Source of the DNA: Planctomycetales bacterium | GTDB lineage: Bacteria > 4484-113 | DNA length: 20,470 nucleotides | NCBI GenBank assembly: GCA_037441675.1 | Contig: JBBIRS010000013.1 | Location: 1-20,470, forward strand | Direction: 5' to 3' | Shown here: piece by piece, positions 1 to 9,604 of the stretch | Numbering within the stretch: the first letter of the stretch is position 1 | How the letters are laid out: the number at the start of each line of letters is the position of its first letter | Notes under the pieces: model-generated | Told to the model about the DNA's origin: nothing | Database searches by the model: none | What the model saw: the letters and a program-made list of their open reading frames with translations, nothing else | Position numbers and translations under genes: made by a program

Positions 1-504
1 AACGGTCGGAAGAGTCATCAGATTCGCCTGGCAGGAGTAAACCGTTTGTCCTGTGCCAGTTGAAATGTTGTCCGCCTTGCCCGTGATATGACCAGCTTCA
101 GGAATACACTTCTTACCCGTGTGCACCGCTATATTTCCGTTAACGTCAATCATCGCCACCTGCCGAACTTCAGGCGTGGTATCCGCCGCCAAGAGTGCAT
201 TTAGTGCTTGCTCAGCAGTCTTGCCACCTCGCATAAGCTCTAGCCCCAGTGGTCCATAGGATACCTCAACAAGGCTTTGTGTTGCGACTACACCTACACC
301 AGGCTCCGCCCATGGCACAATAGACCCTACACTGAACCAATGACTCTGCACCGCCACTCCCATTTGATTGGATGAGGAGTCATAGGCGATTATTGAATAT
401 GTATGGGCGATAGGAAAAGCTTGAGGCTTGAGTTTGGAGATTTGAGAGTGGGTAACAGTGGAAAACATAAATAACGCTAAAAGAGAAATTGCAATGGTTT
501 TCAT
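1..504 (-). CDS. DUF1028-family (Ntn-hydrolase-like) secreted protein, truncated by the window edge
   Basis: Not in the ORF track; translated by hand from ATG at 504 (SD AGGAG at 513-517 on -): MKTIAISLLALFMFSTVTHSQ...HTYSIIAYDSSSNQMGVAVQSHWFSVGSIVPWAEPGVGVVATQS...YGPLGLELMRGG...RQVAMID...HTGKKC. A signal peptide followed by TYSI, GVAVQS, VPWAEPGVG-VATQ and RQV motifs matches DUF1028. Open to position 1. Confidence 0.85.
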   Translation of the reverse strand, partial: MKTIAISLLALFMFSTVTHSQISKLKPQAFPIAHTYSIIAYDSSSNQMGVAVQSHWFSVGSIVPWAEPGVGVVATQSLVEVSYGPLGLELMRGGKTAEQALNALLAADTTPEVRQVAMIDVNGNIAVHTGKKCIPEAGHITGKADNISTGTGQTVYSCQANLMTLPTV

Positions 505-625
505 TTCTTTCACTCCTGCTGGAATATATACAAAAATTATATTGGAACTTAAAGTCGGAAAGATGGTAAATCTGAGTTTATCCGAATTTGGCTAGCGGTA
601 GTTAAAATTTGAATCTTACGGAATA

Positions 626-1504
626 TTACTTTGCACCCAGAACTCCTTTCACCAAAGCCTCTCTCCTTAACTTATGAAGTCTATTATGGGCAAGTCTAGT
701 AGGCTCGGGTTGGACGTGCTTTGTGAGGCAGGAGCGGATGATTGACACTGCTGTCTCAAAATCAATCCTGTGTCCTGGGGAGATATATAAAAGGTTCTTC
801 TCTCCAGAAGAAGTCGAGCCTTGGCTCGCACGCACTCTAAGAACCACGCCAATCTGTCGTCCCGAATTTTCATCAATAAGAGATGAGCTAGTCGCAATCT
901 CGCCCAGATTTGAACTTGCGCTCTTGCCTGGCTTAATCGGCTCCTTTGGCATCTCAAACTTTCCGCAAAGCCTGCTTTTGGCACATCCGATGCTTATCTC
1001 GCCCGTAAACACTCCAAAGTGGCTAGCAATTCCAAGCCCTCTGTAATGCGCAATTCCCTGCCCGTCAACGATGAACACCACTCTGCTGCTTGAACCTTTG
1101 CGAAACTTTGCTTCTAGTTTTCGATAAGCGGAAATAAGTGCTGGAAGTTCACGATATGCAAGTAGCCCAGGGATATAAGGAAAAGATATTACTTCTTCTG
1201 AAACTGCTTCTGAAACTTCGTCCATACTCGGAAAGCTCAAAACCTTTATGCAGGCAAGCCCAAGCGTCGGGGTTTTCCATACATCAAGAAAAGTCACATC
1301 ACAGCCGGCGACAAAGTCAATGTTCAGCTCTGATCTAGGAGATGCTTCTTTCTCAGAAGAGCCTGAAGCTTGATACAAGCTCTCTTTCACAGATCTATGC
1401 ATTGTTCTTTCGCTTAAGCTCTCCCTCAGCCAGTCCGCGGTCAAGCTCACCCTCTCCGCTAACTTCATCTGCTCCTGCATTAACGCCTTAACGTTAATCG
1501 TCAT
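626..1504 (-). CDS. nfi: Endonuclease V (deoxyinosine 3' endonuclease)
   Basis: Motifs VAGCDVTF, FPYIPGLLAYRELP, VDGQGIAHYRGLGIASHFG, IGCAKSRL, LYISPGHRI, PEPTRLAH. Confidence 0.95.
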   Translation of the reverse strand: MTINVKALMQEQMKLAERVSLTADWLRESLSERTMHRSVKESLYQASGSSEKEASPRSELNIDFVAGCDVTFLDVWKTPTLGLACIKVLSFPSMDEVSEAVSEEVISFPYIPGLLAYRELPALISAYRKLEAKFRKGSSSRVVFIVDGQGIAHYRGLGIASHFGVFTGEISIGCAKSRLCGKFEMPKEPIKPGKSASSNLGEIATSSSLIDENSGRQIGVVLRVRASQGSTSSGEKNLLYISPGHRIDFETAVSIIRSCLTKHVQPEPTRLAHNRLHKLRREALVKGVLGAK

Positions 1505-1652
1505 GATTATAAATATTACACCAGTTCTTTAGCCTCATTGGAGCAATAGGCGAACAAGTTACATCTAGCCTCAGTACGAACCTGAAGCATCAGCTATCTC
1601 GTAGTTGAAGTCATCTAGCTTTCTTAATTTCTTGCCTTGACATAATGGCAGA

Positions 1653-2459
1653 CTATCCTGGCTTACAAGCTGAGACTTCAACATTCACTACATAATCAGA
1701 AACACTCTTACCAGGTTGCAGTGATTCAAGAATAGCATTAGAAAGTGGATCACACGTATCAGGAGCCTCGAAGTCCACATAGGGTTTTTCCATTACCGAG
1801 ACATTTGTGAATCCATGAGCTTCAATAGTCCGCTGATACTTGTCAACCATTAGCGCACCGCTAATACAGCCAATGTATGCCTCTATACTCTCACGAAGAG
1901 CTTGAGGTAGCGCTTTATTAAGTCCCAAATCTGAAAAGGCGATTCTTCCTCCAGGCTTCAGCACGCGATAAACTTCACTAAAAACGCGAGATTTGTTCGT
2001 AACAAGATTAATAACGCAATTGCTGATGACAACATCCACAGAGTTATCCGCGACTGGCAGATTTTCAATATCACCAAGGCGAAACTCTACGTTCGTAATT
2101 CCTGCCTTTCTAGCATTTTCACGCGCTCTTTGAACCATCTCTGGGGTCATATCCACACCGATGACCCAACCTGAAGCTCCGACCTTTTCACTTGCAATAA
2201 AGCAGTCAATACCCGCCCCTGAACCTAAATCTAAGACGGTTTCACCTTTTTGAAGTGATGCAAGGGCGGTTGGATTACCACAACCTAGCGCAAGATTTGC
2301 ACCTTCCGGAACTGACTCTAGCTCCTCTGCAGTATAACCGAGTTGCTGAGAGAATGCTGATATGTCAGTTGCGCATAACGAGGGACAACAACTTGAGCCC
2401 TCTTCCACAATTTTCTTGTAGGCTTTCCGAAGCTGTTTCTTAACGTTGCCAGGCTTCAT
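1653..2459 (-). CDS. arsM: Arsenite S-adenosylmethionine methyltransferase
   Basis: SCC near the N-terminus, ANLALGCGNP, SAM motif VLDLGSGAGID, VISNCVINL and YIGCISGA: the conserved ArsM cysteine pattern. Confidence 0.88.
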   Translation of the reverse strand: MKPGNVKKQLRKAYKKIVEEGSSCCPSLCATDISAFSQQLGYTAEELESVPEGANLALGCGNPTALASLQKGETVLDLGSGAGIDCFIASEKVGASGWVIGVDMTPEMVQRARENARKAGITNVEFRLGDIENLPVADNSVDVVISNCVINLVTNKSRVFSEVYRVLKPGGRIAFSDLGLNKALPQALRESIEAYIGCISGALMVDKYQRTIEAHGFTNVSVMEKPYVDFEAPDTCDPLSNAILESLQPGKSVSDYVVNVEVSACKPG

Positions 2460-2516
2460 TTGTATTCATACTTTTTTGTGATATTGAGAGCATAGACTTA
2501 CCGCGCTAAGTATAAT

Positions 2517-4715
2517 CTATTTTACCTTCCCCGCAAATAGCTTCTCGCTTTCGTCCTTGAGGCGGGAGCGGAGGATGGCGTTAAGCTCCTTAATTTCATC
2601 GCGCAAAACTGCGGCTTTTTCGAATTCAAGAAGCTCCGCAAATCGTGTCATCTTTTCTGAGAGCTCGCTGATTCTCTGCTCCAGCTGGCCAATTGAAAGC
2701 ACACGTGCGTTCGGCGTTAGAAGCGTTCCCTGCGCCCTAAGCGCTTCTCTCTTGGCATCTAGAGCCATCTCACCCCTAGAAAGAACAGCGTCAAGCACCT
2801 CCGCATATTTTGCGTAGTATGCCTCTTCCTCTTCGCTGATACTTTGGGCTCCCGCTGCTACCCTATGCGCACGCCTCCCCTTGATTACCCTCAGACCGCT
2901 CTCCATCAGCTCATCCGTGATATCCTTTATTTCTTTCTCGATGGTTTTAGGGATAATCCCGTGGTTAGTGTTATACGCCATTTGCTTTGTCCGCCTACGA
3001 TTCGTTTCCTCAATTGCCTCCTTAATGCTTCTCGTCATATCGTCTGCAAAAAGGATTACTTCCCCATTCACGTTTCTAGCGGCGCGACCAATTATCTGGA
3101 TAAGGCTTTTGGTACTCCTAAGAAAGCCTTCCTTGTCTGCATCCAAAATTGCCACGAGGCTAACCTCTGGCAAATCCAAGCCTTCTCTTAGAAGGTTAAT
3201 CCCCACCACCACATCGTAAGTTCCTAGGCGAAGGTCTTTCAGGATGCGTATTCGCTCCAGTGCCTCCAGGTCAGAGTGCAGATACATAACCTTAAATCCC
3301 TGCTCCTGAAGATACTGGGCAAGGCTCTCCGCCATTTTCTTCGTAAGCGTAGTGACGAGCGCCCGCTCGCCTCGTTCGACCCGCTTCTGAAGCTCACTAA
3401 CGAGAATATCAATTTGATGTTTCGTGGGAAAAACCCTGATTTGCGGGTCAACAAGACCAGTTGGCCTAATTACTTGATCTACAATCTGGGCGGAATGCTT
3501 CAGCTCATATGGGCCCGGCGTCGCGGTTGTGAAAATAACTTGATTAATATATCCTTCCCACTCGTCAAAACGAAGTGGTCGATTATCCAAAGCGCAGGGC
3601 AGGCGGAAGCCGTACTCAACCAGCGTCTCTTTTCGCGTCCTATCACCGTTATACATTCCGTGAAGCTGTGGAATCGTCACATGGCTCTCATCAACTATCA
3701 TCAGGAAATCCTCGGGGAAATACTCAAGCAAATTGCTTGGCGTTTCTCCCGGCTCACGCCCCTCAAAGTGCCGTGAGTAGTTCTCAATTCCTTTACAGTA
3801 ACCAAAATGCTCTATCATTTCTAGATCATACTCCGTGCGCTCCTTGAGTCGCTGATACTCCAAAAGCTTTCCCTGCGATTTGAAAAATTCCAGCCGTTCC
3901 TTCAGCTCCTCCCGAATAGCGGTAATTGCAATTTTACGCTTTTCAGGTAGGAGGACGTAGTGGCTCGCTGGGAAAATAAAGACGTGTTCAAGATTCTCCT
4001 CCACCTTTCCAGTAACCGGGTTAATCGTTACAATTTTCTCCAACTCCTCGTCAAAGAATTCTAAGCGAGTGATAAGTTCTTTATCCGCGGAGTAAATTTC
4101 GCAGATATCTCCCTTGAAGCGAAAACTTCCACGCACCAGCTCAAACTCGTTTCTCCGATATTGCATATCCACTAGCCTTCTGATAAGCTTATCCCGGGGG
4201 AAAGTAATTCCGGCGGAGAGGTGCAAGGAGAGCTTCTCGTAATCCTCTGGCGAGCCTAAGCCGTAAATGCAGGAGACGCTAGCAACGACGATGACATCCC
4301 GCCGAGTTAAGAGCGCCCCAGTTGCAGCATGGCGGAGGCGATCAATCTCCTCGTTGATGTCCGCATCCTTTTCAATGTAAGTATCCGTCTCAGGAATGTA
4401 TGCTTCGGGCTGGTAGTAGTCATAGTAGCTGACGAAGTATTCCACCGCATTTTCCGGGAAGAACCTGCGGTACTCAGCGCAAAGTTGCGCAGCGAGGGTC
4501 TTGTTATGGCAAATCACAAGGGTAGGGCGCTGGACGCGGGCAATTACATTCGCCATGGTGAAGGTTTTTCCTGTGCCTGTTGCGCCAAGGAGGGTTTGGA
4601 ACTTATATCCCCGCTTAAGCCCTCCTACGAGCTTCTCAATTGCCTCAGGCTGATCACCCGTTGGCGCAAATTCCGAAACGAGCTTAAACTCTCTCTCTTT
4701 GGTAACAACTGCCAT
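2517..4715 (-). CDS. uvrB: Excinuclease ABC subunit B
   Basis: PTGDQP, Walker [50 protein letters not shown] and C-terminal UVR motif [13 protein letters not shown]. Confidence 0.99.
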   Translation of the reverse strand: MAVVTKEREFKLVSEFAPTGDQPEAIEKLVGGLKRGYKFQTLLGATGTGKTFTMANVIARVQRPTLVICHNKTLAAQLCAEYRRFFPENAVEYFVSYYDYYQPEAYIPETDTYIEKDADINEEIDRLRHAATGALLTRRDVIVVASVSCIYGLGSPEDYEKLSLHLSAGITFPRDKLIRRLVDMQYRRNEFELVRGSFRFKGDICEIYSADKELITRLEFFDEELEKIVTINPVTGKVEENLEHVFIFPASHYVLLPEKRKIAITAIREELKERLEFFKSQGKLLEYQRLKERTEYDLEMIEHFGYCKGIENYSRHFEGREPGETPSNLLEYFPEDFLMIVDESHVTIPQLHGMYNGDRTRKETLVEYGFRLPCALDNRPLRFDEWEGYINQVIFTTATPGPYELKHSAQIVDQVIRPTGLVDPQIRVFPTKHQIDILVSELQKRVERGERALVTTLTKKMAESLAQYLQEQGFKVMYLHSDLEALERIRILKDLRLGTYDVVVGINLLREGLDLPEVSLVAILDADKEGFLRSTKSLIQIIGRAARNVNGEVILFADDMTRSIKEAIEETNRRRTKQMAYNTNHGIIPKTIEKEIKDITDELMESGLRVIKGRRAHRVAAGAQSISEEEEAYYAKYAEVLDAVLSRGEMALDAKREALRAQGTLLTPNARVLSIGQLEQRISELSEKMTRFAELLEFEKAAVLRDEIKELNAILRSRLKDESEKLFAGKVK

Positions 4716-4725
4716 CTATTATATC

Positions 4726-4737
4726 TATGCTAGCATA
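4726..4737. promoter_or_regulatory. Perfect 12-bp palindrome TATGCTAGCATA upstream of uvrB (candidate operator)
   Basis: Exact self-complementary 12-mer 11-22 nt upstream of the uvrB ATG. It extends with TATC (4722-25) and GATA (4739-42) if one base is bulged. Function is inferred only. Confidence 0.3.
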
Positions 4738-4890
4738 AGATACACCGCATTAACGAACCCTGACAGAAGTCGCTACCACGGATAAAATTTCATCAATAAA
4801 ACGTCACTCTATTCTTAGGTAATCCAACTCTTAACACATTAAACATAGCCTGAATAAAAGTATATCCTCAATAAGCGAAAATGTAGGACT

Positions 4891-6036
4891 GTGATAAGAT
4901 TTGAACTAGTGCTTCCAACACATTATTTAGGCAATGAAGTAGAACAAAATATTCTTAGAAAGCTACTTCGAAGTAAAAGAATGCCGAACACCATCCTATT
5001 TACTGGTGTTGGCTCGGTGGGCAAGGCGCTTCTCGCTTACTTTTTTGCCAAATCCCTAGTATGCGAGAGCCGAAAGGTAATGGAACGCAGTTCAACTGAG
5101 GAGGGTAATGTCCTACATTTCTGCGATGAATGTTACCCTTGCCGTTCAATTGAAACAGGTAATCAACCAGACTTTGTCGGCATCAGACCAAAGACAACGG
5201 AACTAACAATTTCTCAAGTGCGTCAATACTACGATTCATTTAGAAACGCATATCTTCATCCTAAGACACTTGAATATCGGATCTTTATTCTTGATGAGTG
5301 TCACATCATGAAGGAAGAGCTGGCAAATTCAATGCTGAAACTTCTGGAGGAGCCTCCTGAAAAGACATTATTCATCTTGGTTACAGATAAGCCCTATCTA
5401 GTTCTCCCGACAATATTATCACGCTCATTCAAACTGACCTTTAGACCTGAGCCTGTGGAAAGGGTTGAGGAATTTCTTCGAAGTAATGATTTGGGTCTGC
5501 GGGTATCTGAGTCCGCTGTAAAGCTTGCATCATATTTTTCTCAGGGTAGGGTGGGGTTGGCAAAAACTCTCTTGCTTGAACCGGGATTTCTCTCTGAACT
5601 CGCCAGCTTTCTTGCAAAAATGTTGAAACCTTTTAAGGATGATACTAGAGTCAAGAACAGCTTTTTTATGAGTTTTAGGGACGAGATTTTTGCACTTGCG
5701 GACACTCTTCTTGCGCTGTTATTGCGCATTGAATTATGCGAAGATCTACCAGAATCGTTTTACCTTGTACCATGGAGGCGAGCAGTTAGTGCTGAAATTA
5801 TCCAGCAAGAGGAAAGAGAAAAAATTACTTCTGCTCGTAAAAGCGAGCTTGCCCAGGAAAGCTTAAGATTTCTTTTTGAATGCATAAAAGTCTCCTTTCT
5901 TAAGATTGAGAGTGAAGGCAGATTTCCCCTGGCAAGTAGCAATCAGGAACTGTTTTCAGTTACGAATAGTATGCTTGATGTTAATCTTCCGGTAAAACAA
6001 GTTGTTGAGTATTTTCTTGGTGGAATTACTTCCTAA
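4891..6036 (+). CDS. holB: DNA polymerase III delta-prime subunit (clamp loader)
   Basis: ILFTGVGSVGKA (degenerate Walker A), zinc cysteines LVC...FCDECYPC, FILDECH, ANSMLKLLEEPP, LPTILSR. It lies upstream of a PSP1/YaaT gene, as in the known holB-yaaT synteny. Confidence 0.88.
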   Translation: MIRFELVLPTHYLGNEVEQNILRKLLRSKRMPNTILFTGVGSVGKALLAYFFAKSLVCESRKVMERSSTEEGNVLHFCDECYPCRSIETGNQPDFVGIRPKTTELTISQVRQYYDSFRNAYLHPKTLEYRIFILDECHIMKEELANSMLKLLEEPPEKTLFILVTDKPYLVLPTILSRSFKLTFRPEPVERVEEFLRSNDLGLRVSESAVKLASYFSQGRVGLAKTLLLEPGFLSELASFLAKMLKPFKDDTRVKNSFFMSFRDEIFALADTLLALLLRIELCEDLPESFYLVPWRRAVSAEIIQQEEREKITSARKSELAQESLRFLFECIKVSFLKIESEGRFPLASSNQELFSVTNSMLDVNLPVKQVVEYFLGGITS

Positions 6037-6120
6037 CTAGAGCATCGCATGGATAATACAAGTAATTGGCTTTCTTATATCTTATAATAGCCCGCCCCAA
6101 TTAAGATATATACTCAATAT

Positions 6121-6945
6121 CAATATGAGAGGATTTATTATGTTTAGTATCTTGAAAGCGGAACAAGGTTTGTGGTGAACACGAGCGAGAGGCCCGCTAG
6201 CCAAGTATGGGTGAGAATATCCGCGGTGGATGTATCTGGAAATGAGAGTGAGCTATCTGAGATTACGTCTGCATCTCCTGAGGCTGGGGAGGCGATAAGG
6301 GTTAATCTTGAGACAGACGTTGTTTCGGGTAGGCGAGGATTGTCCGCAAATCTGAGCGCAACTGGCGCAGAATTTTACGACTTTGATTTGGATGGCGATG
6401 GCATATTTGATTCCACGCTTCAAAATCCCCCGCCATACACTTACTCAAATGCGGGGCTTTACAACATGAAATTCCGAGTTACTGACAATGATGGCGCATG
6501 GGATGTGGACACTCCTGTGGGAGGCGGAGGGCAAGCTTTCCTATACCCAGTGAATGGGAGGCAGCCATTTCATATCATCCGGGAGCGGATCTATCTTACG
6601 TGAGAGCCCTTGATGCAAATAGTACCACGTGGGGAGAGCCTATCATTGTTGATAAAATTGGCGACGTTGGGCACCAGGTAGTATAGATGTTGCAAATGGA
6701 TATCCAAGCATAAGTTATCAAAAGGACTTCTACACTTCAGGCGACATTCTTATGGCTAGAGCCAAGGATACAATTGTAGCTGAGTGGAACTCCCCAGTTT
6801 AAGCAATGCGAAATGCGGACGGCGGGTCTGGAAGCTTTACCTCTATCATTGATGCTATGGATAGACCAGCTGTTTCTCTATATGATGGCGCTAATCAATA
6901 GGTTTTCTTCGCTATACAGCGAATCAGTGAAAAAATAATATGTGA
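6121..6945 (+). pseudogene. Decayed PKD-domain / beta-propeller-repeat surface protein remnant
   Basis: Fragments in three frames: VRISAVDVSGNES and PKD-like YDFDLDGDGIFD...YTYSNAGLYNMKFRVTDNDGA; frameshift near 6560 into AISY...LSYVRALDANSTTWGEPIIVD..GDVG; second shift near 6680 into VANGYPSISY...RAKD...WNSPV* (TAA 6800-02)...RPAVSLYD...* (TAG 6899-6901). Also TAG at 6145-47. Boundaries approximate. Confidence 0.75.
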
Positions 6946-7083
6946 CAAAAATTACCATTTCTTAAAAGTCAATTTCGCACATAAAGGAAATGATTCATAC
7001 CTAGCCTTCACCCAAATCACTTTTAGTTGCATAATCAAATCAAATAAAATCCCACATCAAGGCTAACCTGATGGTATTCAGAG

Positions 7084-7092
7084 TGCTATAAT
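7084..7092 (+). promoter_or_regulatory. Extended -10 promoter element TGcTATAAT for the PSP1/yaaT gene
   Basis: Consensus TGnTATAAT, 62 nt upstream of the ATG at 7155. Confidence 0.55.
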
Positions 7093-7154
7093 TTTTTCAT
7101 TAAAATGGTGGCAATTTTTCCACTCTTAAAATTGCTGAAAGTGGTGGTCTTGAA

Positions 7155-8081
7155 ATGAACGCAACTAAAACAGGTACTCCCACACAGGATATTAACCTCA
7201 AGGAAGATGAAACGCTCTTTCAAGTTGAGATAGGAAGGTTGCGTCGGGTAAATATTTTCAAAGGCAAGAAGAGCTTTGAAGAATCAATTGGAAAGGCAGT
7301 CATTGTAAATACCAGTTGGGGGCTGGACATTGGAAGAATTATCGATAGTTTGGTAAAGTTTGAAGGCAATATTCTTGGCTCCATCATTCGCTTAGCGAAC
7401 TCGGACGATTTTGCAAAATCAATGGCAAATCGCATGGATGATGCTCAATGCCGTGAGACTTTTGAGGAGTGTGTAAAGGCGCAAAATCTTTCTATGAAGC
7501 TAGTAGGAGTTGAGCACTCTCTAGAAATGAGGAAAACTACTTTTTATTACGAAGCGGAGGGTAGGGTGGATTTTAGGCAACTTGTTAAAACGCTTGCTGG
7601 GAGATTAAAGCGCAGGATTGAATTTCACCAGCTTAGCCAAAAGGAGAAATTCTTCTTTTATCCAACGTACGGTTCTTGCGGGTATAAACTATGCTGTAGT
7701 ACGCAACAAAGTCTGTTTGAACAAAAGATTCCCACTCGTGCGACGAGAAGCCAGGGGCTAATTTACCATGCAGAAAAAGTCGCCGGTGTTTGCGGAAAGC
7801 CTAGATGCTGTTTAATGTATGAGCTACCACTTTATCAGGAATTCTACGATTTGGTTGGAAAGAAGGGTTGTTGTTTTACCACTTCAAAGACTACCCCGGA
7901 AGAAGATACATGCCCAAATTGCAAATTCAGGGTAGTAGATTGGAACGTCATTCTGAACAAAATTACCCTAGAGGAAGTGAATAGCGAATCTAACAATGAG
8001 TTAAACTCAGAAAAAGCGTCCGGGAGATTCGTTGAAGTTACTCTGGATGAGCTTAAGCATAATTACGAGAAAGTTAAATAG
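7155..8081 (+). CDS. ricT: PSP1-domain protein (RicT/YaaT family, Fe-S binding)
   Basis: MKLVGVE, FYYEAEGRVDFRQLVKTLA...RIEFHQ, GSCGYKLCCS and GVCGKPRCCLMYE are the characteristic YaaT/PSP1 motifs. Confidence 0.85.
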   Translation: MNATKTGTPTQDINLKEDETLFQVEIGRLRRVNIFKGKKSFEESIGKAVIVNTSWGLDIGRIIDSLVKFEGNILGSIIRLANSDDFAKSMANRMDDAQCRETFEECVKAQNLSMKLVGVEHSLEMRKTTFYYEAEGRVDFRQLVKTLAGRLKRRIEFHQLSQKEKFFFYPTYGSCGYKLCCSTQQSLFEQKIPTRATRSQGLIYHAEKVAGVCGKPRCCLMYELPLYQEFYDLVGKKGCCFTTSKTTPEEDTCPNCKFRVVDWNVILNKITLEEVNSESNNELNSEKASGRFVEVTLDELKHNYEKVK

Positions 8082-8149
8082 AACAAGAAACAGAGTAGGT
8101 CATTATAAGTGCATTACAAGAGCATAAGATACTTCTCTTTATCTTGAGA

Positions 8150-9391
8150 TTAGAGCCTATTATAAAGATAATTCATTCTGGAAATAGTCTTTCGCACACG
8201 TTCCTGAAGTTCAGCTGGAGCAAGAATCCTGGCATGTTCACCAAAGCTTAACACCCACCTCAAAATATTTTCGTAACTATAAACGCTAAAAGCTATCTCA
8301 AGACTACCATCGGAGCGCTCGGTTATTTTCTGTGTAGGATGAACCTGCCTAATCCTTATCCAGTGGGCTGCGTATTTGTCAAATTCTACTACTACTTCAA
8401 TTGGATTTACCATTCCCCTGAATAACTGGCTATTTTTCTTGTGCTCCTCAATAGAGAATTTCTCATTGGGAATGAAATTCGTGCCGGTAAATTCCACGGA
8501 AACAATTCTATTCATTAAGAAATCTCTATAATCCTGTTTTTCATGACAGAAAGCGACTAGATACCAGTTGTCCTTATAGTTAATGATGTGGCAGGGGTCA
8601 CAGGGTTTGTCGGTGATGGTCGCCTTTTGGCCTGAAAAATACTTAAGTATAACAGTTTCCCTCTCTTGAATTGCTTGAATAAGGGCGGAGTAAATATAAA
8701 GGTCAACAGGCGGAAAGCTAGGTATCTCCAACGTTAGAATTCTATTTAGACTATCAAGGTCGTACGAAACAGTATCTGAGAGGATAGAAGTAAATTTAGC
8801 AAAAGCGGACTTAATCGCATCAGCAAATGGAGAATCACGATACTGTTTCATAATCTGTTCAGCTACTACGATGGAGACAAGCTCTTTTTCGCTTATAAAT
8901 TTTCCTTTGGCTTTTTTGCGCTCGCCCTTGTCACCTTTTACCCTAGAAGCGCTTATCTCAACCCCTTCCTCTAAAGTCTTAGTTGTAGTAGAATTTGTTT
9001 TCGTTTTTTCAGCTTTCTCTGATTCCTGCGAAACTTCAGCTATAGCATCCTGATTTGGAACTAACTCCTTAACATCTATTGATGAGTTCTCAACTTGTGG
9101 CACAGTTCCATCAAGAAAGTTCACTTCATTATCGGATTTATTATCGCATGTTTCCGGAAGTGAATAGGTTCTATCCGAATAAAAGAAGCCTTTTCTACTA
9201 ACATCGTAAGCTATAGGAGCGTTGAAGTTTTTTCTAAAATGCTCAATATCTTTGCTTGCGGTTGCCAGTGGAATTCCAAAGTGTTCCGCAACATCTTCAG
9301 GAGCTACATATGCCCCTTCTTTTAGCTTTTCATGAAACCACCTAATGCGAGCCAATTGACCGTCAGTTTTACTTGATGTCTTCTTTGTCAT
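8150..9391 (-). CDS. HTH-WYL-WCX transcriptional regulator (YafY/PafB-C-like)
   Basis: N-terminal HTH (VAEHFGIPLATASKDIEHFR..FNAPIAYD), WYL domain (DPCHIINYKDNWYLVAFCHEKQDYRDFLMNRI) and WCX-like C-terminus (WVLSFGEHARILAPAEL). Confidence 0.9.
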   Translation of the reverse strand: MTKKTSSKTDGQLARIRWFHEKLKEGAYVAPEDVAEHFGIPLATASKDIEHFRKNFNAPIAYDVSRKGFFYSDRTYSLPETCDNKSDNEVNFLDGTVPQVENSSIDVKELVPNQDAIAEVSQESEKAEKTKTNSTTTKTLEEGVEISASRVKGDKGERKKAKGKFISEKELVSIVVAEQIMKQYRDSPFADAIKSAFAKFTSILSDTVSYDLDSLNRILTLEIPSFPPVDLYIYSALIQAIQERETVILKYFSGQKATITDKPCDPCHIINYKDNWYLVAFCHEKQDYRDFLMNRIVSVEFTGTNFIPNEKFSIEEHKKNSQLFRGMVNPIEVVVEFDKYAAHWIRIRQVHPTQKITERSDGSLEIAFSVYSYENILRWVLSFGEHARILAPAELQERVRKTISRMNYLYNRL

Positions 9392-9604
9392 TTGTATTAT
9401 CCACCCTTATGTGGGTGTTACATTTCTTAAATTATCTACCTAAACTAAACCTCCCAAAAGAATTTCTCAATTAAGTAAAAATTACCTAATTGGAAACCTA
9501 GGCATTCAAATTATAAATAGCATTTCCTTCAGCTCCTGTAAAGTAGATAGAAATAATCAATCATTTCAAACAAGCAAAGTTATGATAACATTCAATAATG
9601 TATC

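Noticed and set aside
667..4733. Numerous overlapping ORFs of 60-166 aa inside nfi, arsM and uvrB (and similar ones inside later genes)
   Set aside because: Shadow ORFs within well-supported genes, with no recognisable motifs.
8121..8132. Exact 12-mer AGCATAAGATAC shared with 4732-4743
   Set aside because: A 12-mer match is expected by chance in 20 kb, and this copy lies between convergent gene ends rather than in a promoter.
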